A stretch of 63,100 nucleotides of DNA, the filler included, from Candidatus Hydrogenedentota bacterium (GTDB lineage: Bacteria > JBFMHD01): the NCBI GenBank assembly GCA_040752395.1. It is 4 parts of 4 records of this genome, joined end to end, with 100 filler letters (N's around TTAATTAATTAA, not from the genome) between each part and the next. Parts side by side here need not be neighbours in the genome. Positions count along the whole stretch, not along the records: positions 1 to 15,862 come from JBFMHD010000050.1; 3 more parts are not named here. One strand, 5' to 3'. Positions 1 through 10,167 of this stretch are shown here, piece after piece. Each line of letters begins with the position of its first letter. Within the stretch, counting starts at the first letter, position 1. Below the pieces are notes generated by a model. The model worked only from the letters and a program-made list of their open reading frames with translations, did no database searches and was not told where the DNA came from. Made by a program: the position numbers and the translations under genes.

Positions 1-1015
1 TTCTTATTTCCTTATTTTGTATTAAATATTTTATTCTTTCTACAAATCCGTTTAAATCGCCCTGTTCTAATAAAAACCCTGTTTTCTTATCAATCACAAG
101 TTCACTAATGCCACCGACATTCGTTGATACTACAGGCAATCCAACAGCAGAGGCTTCCATAATCGATGTAGGCAACCCTTCCCATTTCGAGGTTAATATA
201 AGAATATCAGAATGAACCAAAAATTCAAAAACATCGAGTTGTTTCCCGAGAAAAAAAATCTTTTCCTCACACGTTATTTCTTTTACCTTTTCTTTTAATA
301 CTTCTCTCAATGGTCCATCCCCCACAAGAATAAGTTTTACGTTATCAAATTCCTTTAATAGCCCCTTGAAAACCTCAAACATAAACAAATGGTTTTTCAC
401 TTCTCTTAAATTAGCAACTGAAATTAAAACAGTGTCATTGTCATTAACGTTAATCCCCAACTTTTTATAAAAATCGTTTCTACTTCCTTTAATCTCAATA
501 CTAATTCTTTCAATCCCGTTCGGAATATAGAACATCTTTTCTTTTGGAAACCCTTTTGCTGTTAGAAATTCAACTGCTTTTTTAGAATTTGATATATAAC
601 CATTGCTAAATCTGAAAGTAATTTTGTCTATTAATATATGTAAATCAGAAGCTGAATCAGATGGATATATACTTCGCAGCCCGCCAAGATGTACAGGTAT
701 TCTGCATCCTGTTTTTCTTAATATCCTTGAGATTAAATTCAATTTTAATCCATAAAATGTAACTATATCAAAACTATTATTTTTAAATAAATCTCTAATT
801 TTGAAAAAAAGGGTTATGTCAGAGATATTATAACAAGTGTCGAATAAGTAACACTTTATATCTTTCTCTTTTAATATTCTTGATACATCAGCCTTGCCCT
901 CCAGTATCGCAACCGAGACATCCAATCCTCGAGCCTTAAGTCCAGAAGCGATATTAATTACAGACTTTTCAGTACCACCAAGTATATCTTTCCTTAAAAA
1001 ATGCAGTATTTTCAT
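1..1015 (-). CDS. Glycosyltransferase family 4 (3' end runs off the window)
   Basis: Not in the ORF track; manual translation from ATG at 1015 gives MKILHFLRKDILGGTEKSV... and later ILTSKWEGLPTSIMEASAVGLPVVSTNVGG (GT-B E-x7-E motif). Confidence 0.9.
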   Translation of the reverse strand, partial: MKILHFLRKDILGGTEKSVINIASGLKARGLDVSVAILEGKADVSRILKEKDIKCYLFDTCYNISDITLFFKIRDLFKNNSFDIVTFYGLKLNLISRILRKTGCRIPVHLGGLRSIYPSDSASDLHILIDKITFRFSNGYISNSKKAVEFLTAKGFPKEKMFYIPNGIERISIEIKGSRNDFYKKLGINVNDNDTVLISVANLREVKNHLFMFEVFKGLLKEFDNVKLILVGDGPLREVLKEKVKEITCEEKIFFLGKQLDVFEFLVHSDILILTSKWEGLPTSIMEASAVGLPVVSTNVGGISELVIDKKTGFLLEQGDLNGFVERIKYLIQNKEIR

Positions 1016-1073
1016 AAATATAATCATAAGAAAATTATTTGTAATTTACAAGAAGATAATTTAAAGTAACTGA

Positions 1074-1160
1074 GTATCCCCTCAGTCTTCGGTAGAGTTT
1101 CTTTAATCTTGCTTCTTGCTTCTAAAGTAAGTTCTACTGCAGCAATAGCTGATGGGATAC
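1074..1160. mobile_element. GTA...TAC MITE-like element with internal TTGCTTC heptamers
   Basis: Terminal inverted repeats GTATCCCCTCAG / CTGATGGGATAC; reverse-complement homolog at 40347-40434; no target duplication visible here. Confidence 0.75.
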
Positions 1161-1222
1161 CACCAGCGTCGCATAGTGTGGCCAGACCACTAATGCAGGA
1201 AAAAGATTACGGATAAACATCA

Positions 1223-2341
1223 ATGAGAAAAGTCCTCTTTTTTTTATTAAGCGATATGATTGGTGGTGGGGAACGTTATGCCATAACTCTCATTAATGCT
1301 CTGCTTAAAAATACCTTTTCTGTAAAGGTATTAATATTAGCAGGCTCCCTTGAAAAATACTTAAAAAATTATGATTACGTTATACTCCCTTTTGGTAAAC
1401 CACTTGCAAAATACCGCGGGTTATCATTGCATTTTGATCTCTTATTAAAAAACAAATTTATTAAAAATCTCAAACCACATTTTCAACAATATAATCCAGA
1501 GCTGATTTTTATGCAGTATCTAAAAGAAAAAATATTGTTTACTGAATATTTTTCAAAGATGGGGGTGCCTATACTCTGGACTGAACACGGCGTTCTCCCA
1601 TTCTGGATAACAAAAAATCCTGTGTTAAAATACTATTATCTTAAAAATGCTGCTAAACCCCAAAAAATAATCGCCATCTCAAAACAAGGTAAAGATTCGC
1701 TAATTAATATAGGTGTTACTGAAGATAAAATAGAACTAATTTATAACGGTATAGATACCTGTAAATTTAAACCTGATTTAAAAGCAAAAGATTCAATTTA
1801 TATTGGTACAATATCCTCGCTTACAGAATCAAAAGGCATCAGCGATTTTATTAAATTTGCCGAGTATCTCTTTTTATCAGAATTAAAAAATAAAATTAAA
1901 ATTGAGATAGCCGGAAAAGGGCCGCTTGAAAATAGTATCCTGAGGCTTGTTTCGAAATATAATGATAGAGTAAAATTTTATGGATTTATTGATAACCCTG
2001 AAGATATTATTTCAAAGTGGGATATATTTATTAACCCTTCTCGTGGCATGGGTGAGGGTCTGCCGTTTCGTGTCCTGGAAGCAATGGCCTGCGGACTTAT
2101 TGTAGTTTCAACAGAAACAGGCGCGGTTAATGAAGTTATCAAAGATGGTTTTAATGGTTTTTTAATCAAGCCCCAAAAAATAGATTCCTGGTTACAACTT
2201 ATTAAACAAATTGTATCATCAATTGAAAAGTATAATTTCCTAAAAAAAAATGCGGAAAACACTATAAAAAACAATTTCTCGGAAAAAATTATGTTAGATA
2301 AAACTTTAAAGGTATTTTATGAATCCTGTATTTCTCATTAA
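1223..2341 (+). CDS. Glycosyltransferase family 4
   Basis: N-terminal GGGERY, EGLPFRVLEAMACG motif. Confidence 0.92.
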   Translation: MRKVLFFLLSDMIGGGERYAITLINALLKNTFSVKVLILAGSLEKYLKNYDYVILPFGKPLAKYRGLSLHFDLLLKNKFIKNLKPHFQQYNPELIFMQYLKEKILFTEYFSKMGVPILWTEHGVLPFWITKNPVLKYYYLKNAAKPQKIIAISKQGKDSLINIGVTEDKIELIYNGIDTCKFKPDLKAKDSIYIGTISSLTESKGISDFIKFAEYLFLSELKNKIKIEIAGKGPLENSILRLVSKYNDRVKFYGFIDNPEDIISKWDIFINPSRGMGEGLPFRVLEAMACGLIVVSTETGAVNEVIKDGFNGFLIKPQKIDSWLQLIKQIVSSIEKYNFLKKNAENTIKNNFSEKIMLDKTLKVFYESCISH

Positions 2342-3683
2342 AATAAGCAGTCTGCTTTCTTACCCACCATACAGTTTGTTCTATCTTGCCGCATCACTTG
2401 ATAAAGATAAGATACCCTACAGGATATTCTTTATAAAACCTGAGCAAACTTCTATTCTTCTTAAGAGTATAAGAAATGAAAAACCAGCACTACTCTGCTT
2501 TAGTTTGGTCACTGACCACTCTATATCTTTCACTTATAGTCTAATAAATAAAATTAAATCTTTATATCCCAAACTTCCTGTTCTTTGCGGCGGCACGCAT
2601 ATATCATTATTTCAAGAACTTATATTTAATGATATGCCTTTTGATTATGGATGTATCGGTTTTGGCGAAGAATTTATAAATAAATTTTATCAATGCTTTT
2701 GTGATAAAATTTCTCTTGATGAGAATTTAACTATTTTTAAAAGATCAGATACTAAATGTTTGTTTACTAATTACCAGCTAAATGATATCGATAACTATGT
2801 ATTCGCTGACAAAATTATCGATAATTTTAAATATAATAACATTTCGAGTTTTCCTCTTATCACAAGCAGGGGCTGTCCCTATGATTGTGGGTTCTGCTAT
2901 TGTCCTGCAGTATATAAGCGGAACTGGCTGCCACATTCGATTGAGTGGGTTAAAGACCTCTTTGATAGAATAAACCATAAATTCAGCCCCAAGTCAGTTG
3001 ATTTTTGTGATGATCATTTTTTTGTTAATTTCGAGCGGGGTAAAAATATAATTGAATTGATAAATAAACCCTGGTCAGCAGAGATCAGAGCCGAGCTTGT
3101 TGATAATAACTTCGCTCAGTTTGTCTCTAAAACTAAATGCAAAAAAATATTTATCGGCGTAGAATCCGCTTCCTCAGAAACTCTCAACAAAATTAACAAA
3201 AACTTATCCATAGAACAAATAGAAAACGCAATCTCAATTCTCTCTAAATATAGAATAAATACTGATTTAAGTTTTATCATCGGATTCCCATTTGAAACAG
3301 ATAAAACTATTGATTTAACAATTAATTTCATCAAGAATCTATTTTCAAAATATAAATATGTTAATGCCAGTATAAAGTTATACACCCCATATCCAAACAC
3401 TCATTTGTGGAACGATTCAGTTAACGCAGGATTTAAAATACCTGTTAAAAGAAATGACTATATTTCAATGACTCGTTTTGGTGTTATTCTTCCCTGGCTT
3501 TCTGAAAAATACAGGCTCATAGCCTTCTCAAGCCAGTATGCGTTTTCACGAATGACAGAACTACAAAGGAGATTTCATAAGATTTACAGCCCGATTGCAA
3601 AGCTTCGCTTCAGATACGATTTTTTCTCTTTGCCAGCTGAACTCTTTCTGCTGAAAGTTGCAGTGAAAATAAGCTCCTTATAA
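2319..3683 (+). CDS. B12-binding-domain radical SAM protein
   Basis: TSRGCPYDCGFC (CxxxCxxC), GGTH, IGVES and FIIGFPFET motifs. Confidence 0.88.
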   Translation: MNPVFLIKISSLLSYPPYSLFYLAASLDKDKIPYRIFFIKPEQTSILLKSIRNEKPALLCFSLVTDHSISFTYSLINKIKSLYPKLPVLCGGTHISLFQELIFNDMPFDYGCIGFGEEFINKFYQCFCDKISLDENLTIFKRSDTKCLFTNYQLNDIDNYVFADKIIDNFKYNNISSFPLITSRGCPYDCGFCYCPAVYKRNWLPHSIEWVKDLFDRINHKFSPKSVDFCDDHFFVNFERGKNIIELINKPWSAEIRAELVDNNFAQFVSKTKCKKIFIGVESASSETLNKINKNLSIEQIENAISILSKYRINTDLSFIIGFPFETDKTIDLTINFIKNLFSKYKYVNASIKLYTPYPNTHLWNDSVNAGFKIPVKRNDYISMTRFGVILPWLSEKYRLIAFSSQYAFSRMTELQRRFHKIYSPIAKLRFRYDFFSLPAELFLLKVAVKISSL

Positions 3684-3688
3684 AATTT

Positions 3689-4552
3689 ATGAAAATTACT
3701 GCTATAATTCCGAGTATCCGTGACGAAACCAGGCTTGTAAATAATCTTAAAAACCAAATAGATATTAAATTTGAGATTGAAATAATAAAAAATGTTTATC
3801 CCAATGGTAAAGCCAGGAATACCGGCATATCCAAACATCCTGACTCTGACGTCTATATTTTTTTAGATGATGATATAGAACTTAATAGAAATGACTTGCT
3901 TAAACAGATGATAGATGGCTTAGAAAAACTACCCGAAGCCTCTGCCTGCGGTATCGTTCGTTCAGTACCTGAAAAAGGGGTGAATTGGTTCCAGCAAAGA
4001 ATCGGACACGAGGTTCCATTATATAACATAACCCCACCCTCTGAATTCAAATTATGCGAACTGCCATTAAAAGGAAAATACTGGCTTCTGATTTCAACCA
4101 CCTGTATCGCAATAAAAAAGCACGTCTTTGATAAAATTGGTTTATTTCGAGAAGATATGCCAAAAGGCGTAGATACAGAATTCTTTTATAGGATGGCACT
4201 CGCAAATTTAAAATTCACAGTAGTACCAAATGTAACAATAGAGCATTATCCTCCAGCAACGCTCGTTGATTTTATTAAAACCCATTTTTATTACGGCTTT
4301 GGCCATGCATTCGAATCAAAATTATATCCCCATAGAGGTATCGGTTATCCTCAAAATGTCTTTATTTTACTGCTCTTTTTTGTGTTACGCTTATTATTTT
4401 TCCCTATTCATATATTTTTACCATATTCAGCGTTTTATAAAAGATACTTCATTTCATTCTGTCCGTTTATTGCAATCGCAAGTCTGTCATCATTTTTTGG
4501 ATACTGCTACTTCTTTTTAAAAGCAGAAAATAAGCATATACCTAAAGGATAA
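3689..4552 (+). CDS. Glycosyltransferase family 2
   Basis: IIPS start, ARNTG, FLDDD (DxD), C-terminal hydrophobic segments. Confidence 0.88.
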   Translation: MKITAIIPSIRDETRLVNNLKNQIDIKFEIEIIKNVYPNGKARNTGISKHPDSDVYIFLDDDIELNRNDLLKQMIDGLEKLPEASACGIVRSVPEKGVNWFQQRIGHEVPLYNITPPSEFKLCELPLKGKYWLLISTTCIAIKKHVFDKIGLFREDMPKGVDTEFFYRMALANLKFTVVPNVTIEHYPPATLVDFIKTHFYYGFGHAFESKLYPHRGIGYPQNVFILLLFFVLRLLFFPIHIFLPYSAFYKRYFISFCPFIAIASLSSFFGYCYFFLKAENKHIPKG

Positions 4553-5208
4553 CTAAATCTATATTCAATATTTACAATCGGATCTAAAAATATTCTCAAT
4601 AAATTTCTTATCCTGGATGGAACTAAACCATAAAGTATACTGATCCAGATTGTAAACAATTGATAATGTCTATATTCAATCAAATCAAAATTTGAAAGTT
4701 TCTTACAAAAAAAATCTATTTTATAATGTCTTAAATGAAAATGAGTTGATTTCATACCTACGGTTGATTTAATTTTATAAAGTATATTCACAGGATCAAG
4801 ATATCTTAAATTAGCTGATGGTACGGTTATAACAAGATATCCCGACTCTTTAATTATTCTATCAAATCCCTGTAAAACCGCATCATCATTACTAATATGT
4901 TCCAATGTTTCCATACATACAATCGTTTCAACCGAACAATTCTTAAATGGCAGATTACAGGCATCAGCGACAACTACTTTATCACAAAAACTGCGGGCTC
5001 TTAAAATATCAGTAAAATTGATATCAACCCCAAGTGTTTTACATCCATATTTTCGTAGTATATCTCTTATAAAATAACCACTTGCGCAACCGATATCTAA
5101 TATATAACCTTTCTTATATACTTTCTTTATAAATCTTCCTACAGCTTGCGACCTGCCACAGGCTTTAAAATCATCGCTCTGACAATTGTTAAAGCATAAC
5201 CTTTTCAT
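4507..5208 (-). CDS. Class I SAM-dependent methyltransferase
   Basis: ILDIGCASG motif I, ADACNLPF, ETLEHI, LVITVP. Confidence 0.88.
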   Translation of the reverse strand: MKRLCFNNCQSDDFKACGRSQAVGRFIKKVYKKGYILDIGCASGYFIRDILRKYGCKTLGVDINFTDILRARSFCDKVVVADACNLPFKNCSVETIVCMETLEHISNDDAVLQGFDRIIKESGYLVITVPSANLRYLDPVNILYKIKSTVGMKSTHFHLRHYKIDFFCKKLSNFDLIEYRHYQLFTIWISILYGLVPSRIRNLLRIFLDPIVNIEYRFSYPLGICLFSAFKKK

Positions 5209-5231
5209 AAATTTTAATATGTTCTGATATA
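5117..5231. repeat. 115-bp direct repeat, copy 1 (GT4 3' end plus methyltransferase 5' end)
   Basis: Matches 6105-6219 with 2 mismatches. Confidence 0.95.
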
Positions 5232-5317
5232 GAGCATCTTACATAAGTTAGCAAACAACCTTATATTTTAATATAATTTTAAACTACAAATTTTGTCAAA
5301 ATATGTCTTTTGGGTCT

Positions 5318-5433
5318 CTCCTCTGAAAAACATTGTAACTCTAATGATATCAAGTAGAAGCAAGAAGCAAGATAAACAAACATCTGGTTTTTCATACGTT
5401 GTGTAGAGCGCAAACCGCGCTCATGAGTACTCC
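5318..5433 (-). mobile_element. Modular heptamer element (CCTCTGAAAAAC family)
   Basis: 5320-5414 matches 23258-23352 at 93 of 95 nt; contains AGAAGCA repeats; CTCC at both ends. Confidence 0.8.
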
Positions 5434-5622
5434 CCTTTAAAGTGTCTCACGTTTCAGTGGAGCAGTATAATCATATTGCCACTCCCCAAAGAATTCTCTT
5501 GATTTTTTTAGACAATTTGTTTATTAAAAGATTTTAAAAGACTTGTGCAACACAGGCTCATTTGTCAAAATTTTTAGGTTATACATGCATTACCATAAAT
5601 ACTTAGAATGGAGGTTTGAACA

Positions 5623-5811
5623 ATGAAACCTACTAATATCAAAGAGGAAGTATACCATCTGTTAGAGAAGCTGCCCAAAGATGCAACATGGGACGACCTA
5701 ATGGATGAGATCTATGTTCGACAGGCTATCGAATCAGGGCTTAAAGATAGTGAGGCTGGTCGGACTACAGATGTCAAGGAAGTCCGTGCTAAATTTGGAC
5801 TATCAAAATGA
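5623..5811 (+). CDS. Putative antitoxin of a ParE/RelE-type TA pair
   Basis: 62 aa, GGAGG SD, ATGA overlap with the toxin, AIESGLKDSEAGR-type motif. Confidence 0.8.
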   Translation: MKPTNIKEEVYHLLEKLPKDATWDDLMDEIYVRQAIESGLKDSEAGRTTDVKEVRAKFGLSK

Positions 5812-6095
5812 GAGTACATTGGACAAATAATGCAATAACACATCTTGTGGATATTTATGAATATATTGCCCATGATTCACCTGTATATGCTAAACGGATG
5901 GTAGATCGGCTAACGAGACGGTCAGAACAGATAGCAGACTTTCCAATGTCAGGGCGTATGGTATCAGAATATGAAGTAGATGACATACGCGAAGTGATAG
6001 AGAAGCCATATCGAATTATTTATCGGATAAAACCGGATCAAATAGATGTTTTGGCGGTAATTCACTGTGCACAACTATTGCCAGAAGAGATATAG
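5808..6095 (+). CDS. RelE/ParE family toxin
   Basis: VHWTNNA..IYEYIA.DSP..A, FPMSGR, YRIIYRI, VLAVIH. Confidence 0.9.
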   Translation: MRVHWTNNAITHLVDIYEYIAHDSPVYAKRMVDRLTRRSEQIADFPMSGRMVSEYEVDDIREVIEKPYRIIYRIKPDQIDVLAVIHCAQLLPEEI

Positions 6096-6104
6096 GTGAA
6101 CTGC

Positions 6105-6219
6105 TATACTTTCTTTATAAATCTTCCTACAGCTTGCGACCTGCCGCAGGCTTTAAAATCATCGCTCTGACAATTGTTAAAGCATAACTTTTTCATAAAT
6201 TTTAATATGTTCTGATATA
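6105..6219. repeat. 115-bp direct repeat, copy 2
   Basis: Matches 5117-5231. Confidence 0.95.
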
Positions 6220-7304
6220 AACCGCGGTAAATCATATTTTTCAATAACTGTTTTTACACCGTTTTGTCCCATTATATCTTTTAAACATCTATCTTTTAAT
6301 ACCTTACATATCTTATCAGCACAATCCGCTACATCCTGTGGCTTAAAAAGATAGCCGTTCTGACCATCATTAATTATTTCCTTTAGACCACCGGTACAAC
6401 TCGCAACTACAGGTGTTCCGCAAATTAATGATTCTAATGCAACGCGGCCGAATGCTTCCCACAAAGAAGGTATAACTACTACATCAAATATTTTATACAA
6501 AGCATAAAAATTTCTTTGATAACCCAATGTGATGACATTATTCTTTAACAGATCGTCCCGGTTAATTAATGAATCAATCTCTTTTTTCAGCGGACCATCA
6601 CCTATTAAAACGGTCTTGGTTCTATGATGTTTTTTTAAAACTTCCCTGAATGCCTTCAAGTAAAAAAGATGGCCCTTCTGTCTCGTCATCCTTCCAATAA
6701 AACCTATGTATTGATAGTTTTCATCCCAATTTATCTTTGCTTTCCATGTCTTATCATCCTGATCCGAAAATTTATTAAACATAGTTGTATCAATACAGTT
6801 GTATATATTTATCAGTTTATCCTCTTTTATATTGAGTTTTTCAAGAGAGTCTTTTCTTATGCTCTCTGATATTGTAACTATGAACTCAAAATTATTTTCT
6901 AATATTCTTTTATATATTCTCGTATATAGTCCGCTATCTACACATCCATTTTTATCTAAAAACAAAAAATCATGTATGGTTGTTATCAAAGGGAGCTTTT
7001 TATGAAATATCGTGGAAAGATATGAATGATAATCAGCGTTCCTTAAATGCGAATGAATTATATCTACATCATCTTTTTTAATTACATTAATTAATTTAAA
7101 AGTTGATCCGAAGTTCCATTTATTTAACAAATCTATTTCATAAGTTTTAATCCCGATCTGTCTAAGTTCTTCTGTAACAGGCCCACCTGGCTGAATAACA
7201 ACCACTACTTCTATCCCTCTCTCTTTTAATCCTTTTGAAAGAAGATATGTACTTATTTCACTCCCACCAAACCCTGAATTCCCCTGTACCTGCAGAATCC
7301 TCAT
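6177..7304 (-). CDS. Glycosyltransferase family 4
   Basis: GFGGSE, PSLWEAFGRVALESLICGTPVV. Confidence 0.92.
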   Translation of the reverse strand: MRILQVQGNSGFGGSEISTYLLSKGLKERGIEVVVVIQPGGPVTEELRQIGIKTYEIDLLNKWNFGSTFKLINVIKKDDVDIIHSHLRNADYHSYLSTIFHKKLPLITTIHDFLFLDKNGCVDSGLYTRIYKRILENNFEFIVTISESIRKDSLEKLNIKEDKLINIYNCIDTTMFNKFSDQDDKTWKAKINWDENYQYIGFIGRMTRQKGHLFYLKAFREVLKKHHRTKTVLIGDGPLKKEIDSLINRDDLLKNNVITLGYQRNFYALYKIFDVVVIPSLWEAFGRVALESLICGTPVVASCTGGLKEIINDGQNGYLFKPQDVADCADKICKVLKDRCLKDIMGQNGVKTVIEKYDLPRFISEHIKIYEKVML

Positions 7305-7355
7305 TGATAAATATCCTTGACTCTTACATATACTTCTACTTTATTATAATTTAAT

Positions 7356-8783
7356 ATGAATAAAAAATTGTCAATTCAATTGAAAACAGGCCTTCATCTT
7401 TCTATTATAATCATTTTTATATCTTTTATCCTAAAATATTTCCAGCCATCGTTCAGTATGCATGGTGATGATTGTTATTTCTTTTTTCTTGCGCAAGAAA
7501 TCGCTGAAAAATCTGGTTTCATCGATCCTGTTATCCCGCCAAAAGAAGTGCCTTTTACACTCTATCCACTGCTTATTTCATTCTTTGTGCCCACGAAGTC
7601 AGTGCCAAATATAAATTCTAATCTCCTATCTATCAAAATACTCTCTTTATTATTCACAATTATATCACTTGTTTTTATTATATATATAGGACGTAGCCTG
7701 AACCTGTCTCGTTCTTTATTATTAATACTCTATTGTTTATCCCCTTTTGTTATATATTATAGCTCACAAATATTGCCTGAAACTGGCTTGCTGTTATTAG
7801 TCGTTCTCATATTGTACGGTATGTGGAATAAAACTTTGTCTGGCTCAATAATTTCTACGGTATGCATCGTCATCCTTTACTTCTTTGATAACTCAGGAAG
7901 ATTCTATGCTCTGATATTTCTATTCTCTTATTTAATCAATCCATTAATTTTTTTAAAAAATAAAATATTTAAAATAATATGGTTACTTATAATAATTGGG
8001 ATTGGATATCTCTTAAACCTCTATCAATATCTTCTGGTCAACGTTGATACTCTGAAAATTATTATCTCTTATTTTATAAAGTATTACCCTGGTTATTTCT
8101 TTTTCCCGCTGCTTAAATATGGTATCTCTCAAAAATTCGTTTTTTTGTTTTCCATCCCATTAATTATAATCTTTTATTATATAATTTCAATCGGACTGCT
8201 CAATTACTATAAAACTAATCCACATTTACTTGTCGTTTTTACCTTACCTTTGCTCACTCTTCCGTTTACTGGATTTACTGAATCAGGAAGATTCATCTTT
8301 CCTTTATATCCTATTTTAATCTTATCTATTACATCCTTTATTAAAAATTATTACCCAAATTTTATTAATAAATTATCATTAATCCTGTTTATATTTTATT
8401 TCATTCTATCGTTTTTATTCTACCACATTACTTTTGAACCATATACACCTGAATATAAATCCTTCAATTCATCTGTAATTTTATCAACCGATCGCTATGC
8501 AGATACATCTTCTCTTTTAATCCTTGGTAAACGCCATTACTATCCCTTCTTAAAAAATAAAAATGTTTTACTCCTTAGACCATCTCTATCCAATCCATTA
8601 CCAGAACATATCATAAAAAACTTTGCTCATAATGGTATTGTTTTAATCGCTGATTCATTAAAAGGAAAAGAACTCCATAATAATGAACTCGAATATATTC
8701 AATCACAGAATGTGTGGAAATTATTAAACGACGATGGTATAACCCGGGTATTTTATTTACAGGAGACCGCGGTTGTAGAATAA
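7356..8783 (+). CDS. Polytopic membrane protein, possible GT-C (ArnT/PMT-like) glycosyltransferase
   Basis: Many transmembrane segments, early GDD loop, YPLL and RFIFPLYP; located in a glycan locus. Confidence 0.55.
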   Translation: MNKKLSIQLKTGLHLSIIIIFISFILKYFQPSFSMHGDDCYFFFLAQEIAEKSGFIDPVIPPKEVPFTLYPLLISFFVPTKSVPNINSNLLSIKILSLLFTIISLVFIIYIGRSLNLSRSLLLILYCLSPFVIYYSSQILPETGLLLLVVLILYGMWNKTLSGSIISTVCIVILYFFDNSGRFYALIFLFSYLINPLIFLKNKIFKIIWLLIIIGIGYLLNLYQYLLVNVDTLKIIISYFIKYYPGYFFFPLLKYGISQKFVFLFSIPLIIIFYYIISIGLLNYYKTNPHLLVVFTLPLLTLPFTGFTESGRFIFPLYPILILSITSFIKNYYPNFINKLSLILFIFYFILSFLFYHITFEPYTPEYKSFNSSVILSTDRYADTSSLLILGKRHYYPFLKNKNVLLLRPSLSNPLPEHIIKNFAHNGIVLIADSLKGKELHNNELEYIQSQNVWKLLNDDGITRVFYLQETAVVE

Positions 8784-8791
8784 TTTTATCT

Positions 8792-8903
8792 GAGGTCTCT
8801 GAAAAATTTTAAGCTTGATTTTTAAAGAATTACGAGCATTAAAAAGCTAGTTTTATAAAATTTTCAAACAAGTTCCTTAAAATAGGGTTTTAAAAGAAAT
8901 CTC
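8792..8903. mobile_element. MITE with GAG(G/A)TCTCT-type ends
   Basis: GAGGTCTCT...AGAAATCTC ends flanked by 6-bp direct repeat TTATCT; right end matches the reverse complement of 27773-27793. Confidence 0.65.
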
Positions 8904-8997
8904 TTATCTTTTCAATTGAGAGTGACCATTCCATATTAGCAATAGGCCACAAGATATAGAAGATATTACTAACATTAAAAATAAATAAAGAAATGTT

Positions 8998-10089
8998 TTA
9001 CAAACTACTTTCTTTTAATATTTCAACAAGTCTTTTTATATTTGTCTTTAAATCAAATTTTTCTTTAATCGTATTATAACTATTTATTGATAGCGTTTCG
9101 TATAATTTTTTATCTTGGATAATCTGACTGATAATATTTTCAATATTTTGAAAATTATCCGGCTCTACTAAAAAGCCGTTTTCAGCGTTTCTAACTATTT
9201 CAGGGATGCCTGAAATAGCAGTAGCTATTACCGGGATACCCCTTGCCATCGCTTCCATAAAAGAAACCGGTATACCGTCACGATCACCCTGAGAATCAAT
9301 TAATGCTAATAAAACAAAGAGCGAGCATTGCTCAAGAATATTCATAGCTTCATTATTAGAAAGTGCTCCATAAAATATTACCTTGCCTTTCATTCCACAT
9401 CTTGTGCTTAACTTAACCAGATTATTGTATTCGGGACCATTCCCAATATAATGCAAAGTCGTATTATAACCCATTTCATTCAAATATGCGGTCATTTGAA
9501 TTGCATTATCTACACCCTTTTTCTTTACACTCCTTGCAATAGTGCAGATTTGAATATTATCTTTATGTAATAAATTGATTCTTGGCAGTTTAGGGATCTC
9601 AACACCTAAATAGTTAACGTATATTTTATTATCTATTCTACCAAAATTTTCATAAATATAATTTCTATTATATTCAGAGATACAGATAACATACTCAGCC
9701 TTTTCTATTTTTTTTCTTAAATTTTTTGCATCTACAAACAAATCTCGTGCGTGGCAGGTAAACCCATAGGGAATATTATACCTCTTTGATAGCCATAAAC
9801 CAACTGATGCAGGCGCTGACGCATAATGGCAATGTATAATGTCCGGCTTAAACTCCTCTATAATTGAAACTAACTTCAGCAATTTCAATGGAAGTGTTAG
9901 TGATTCCCTGTAAGTTGAAAAGTCAAGCATATTTTTAAAGGAAGCGAGAGTAAATGACAGCGGATTTTCTCTAATAGTAAAGACATTCAAGTTAATCTCG
10001 TGAAAATTTTGTTGTATGCTATTTATCTCGTTTGTAATAAAGGTTTCAGATAGTGTTGGTTTATGATCAAGTATATACAGAATCTTCAT
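8998..10089 (-). CDS. Glycosyltransferase family 4 (WcaL-like)
   Basis: SETFITNEI, HARDLF, GDRDGIPVSFMEAMARG; ATG at 10089 preferred. Confidence 0.9.
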   Translation of the reverse strand: MKILYILDHKPTLSETFITNEINSIQQNFHEINLNVFTIRENPLSFTLASFKNMLDFSTYRESLTLPLKLLKLVSIIEEFKPDIIHCHYASAPASVGLWLSKRYNIPYGFTCHARDLFVDAKNLRKKIEKAEYVICISEYNRNYIYENFGRIDNKIYVNYLGVEIPKLPRINLLHKDNIQICTIARSVKKKGVDNAIQMTAYLNEMGYNTTLHYIGNGPEYNNLVKLSTRCGMKGKVIFYGALSNNEAMNILEQCSLFVLLALIDSQGDRDGIPVSFMEAMARGIPVIATAISGIPEIVRNAENGFLVEPDNFQNIENIISQIIQDKKLYETLSINSYNTIKEKFDLKTNIKRLVEILKESSL

Positions 10090-10113
10090 AATCAATCAGC
10101 GTCAGTTATTTTG

Positions 10114-10166
10114 CGATTGCCACGAGAGTGGCAATCAATATAAAAGTGTCGCACTGACGCGACACC
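10114..10166. repeat. Two adjacent short hairpins (REP-like)
   Basis: GATTGCCAC-gaga-GTGGCAATC and GTGTCGC-actgac-GCGACAC. Confidence 0.6.
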
Positions 10167-10167
10167 T

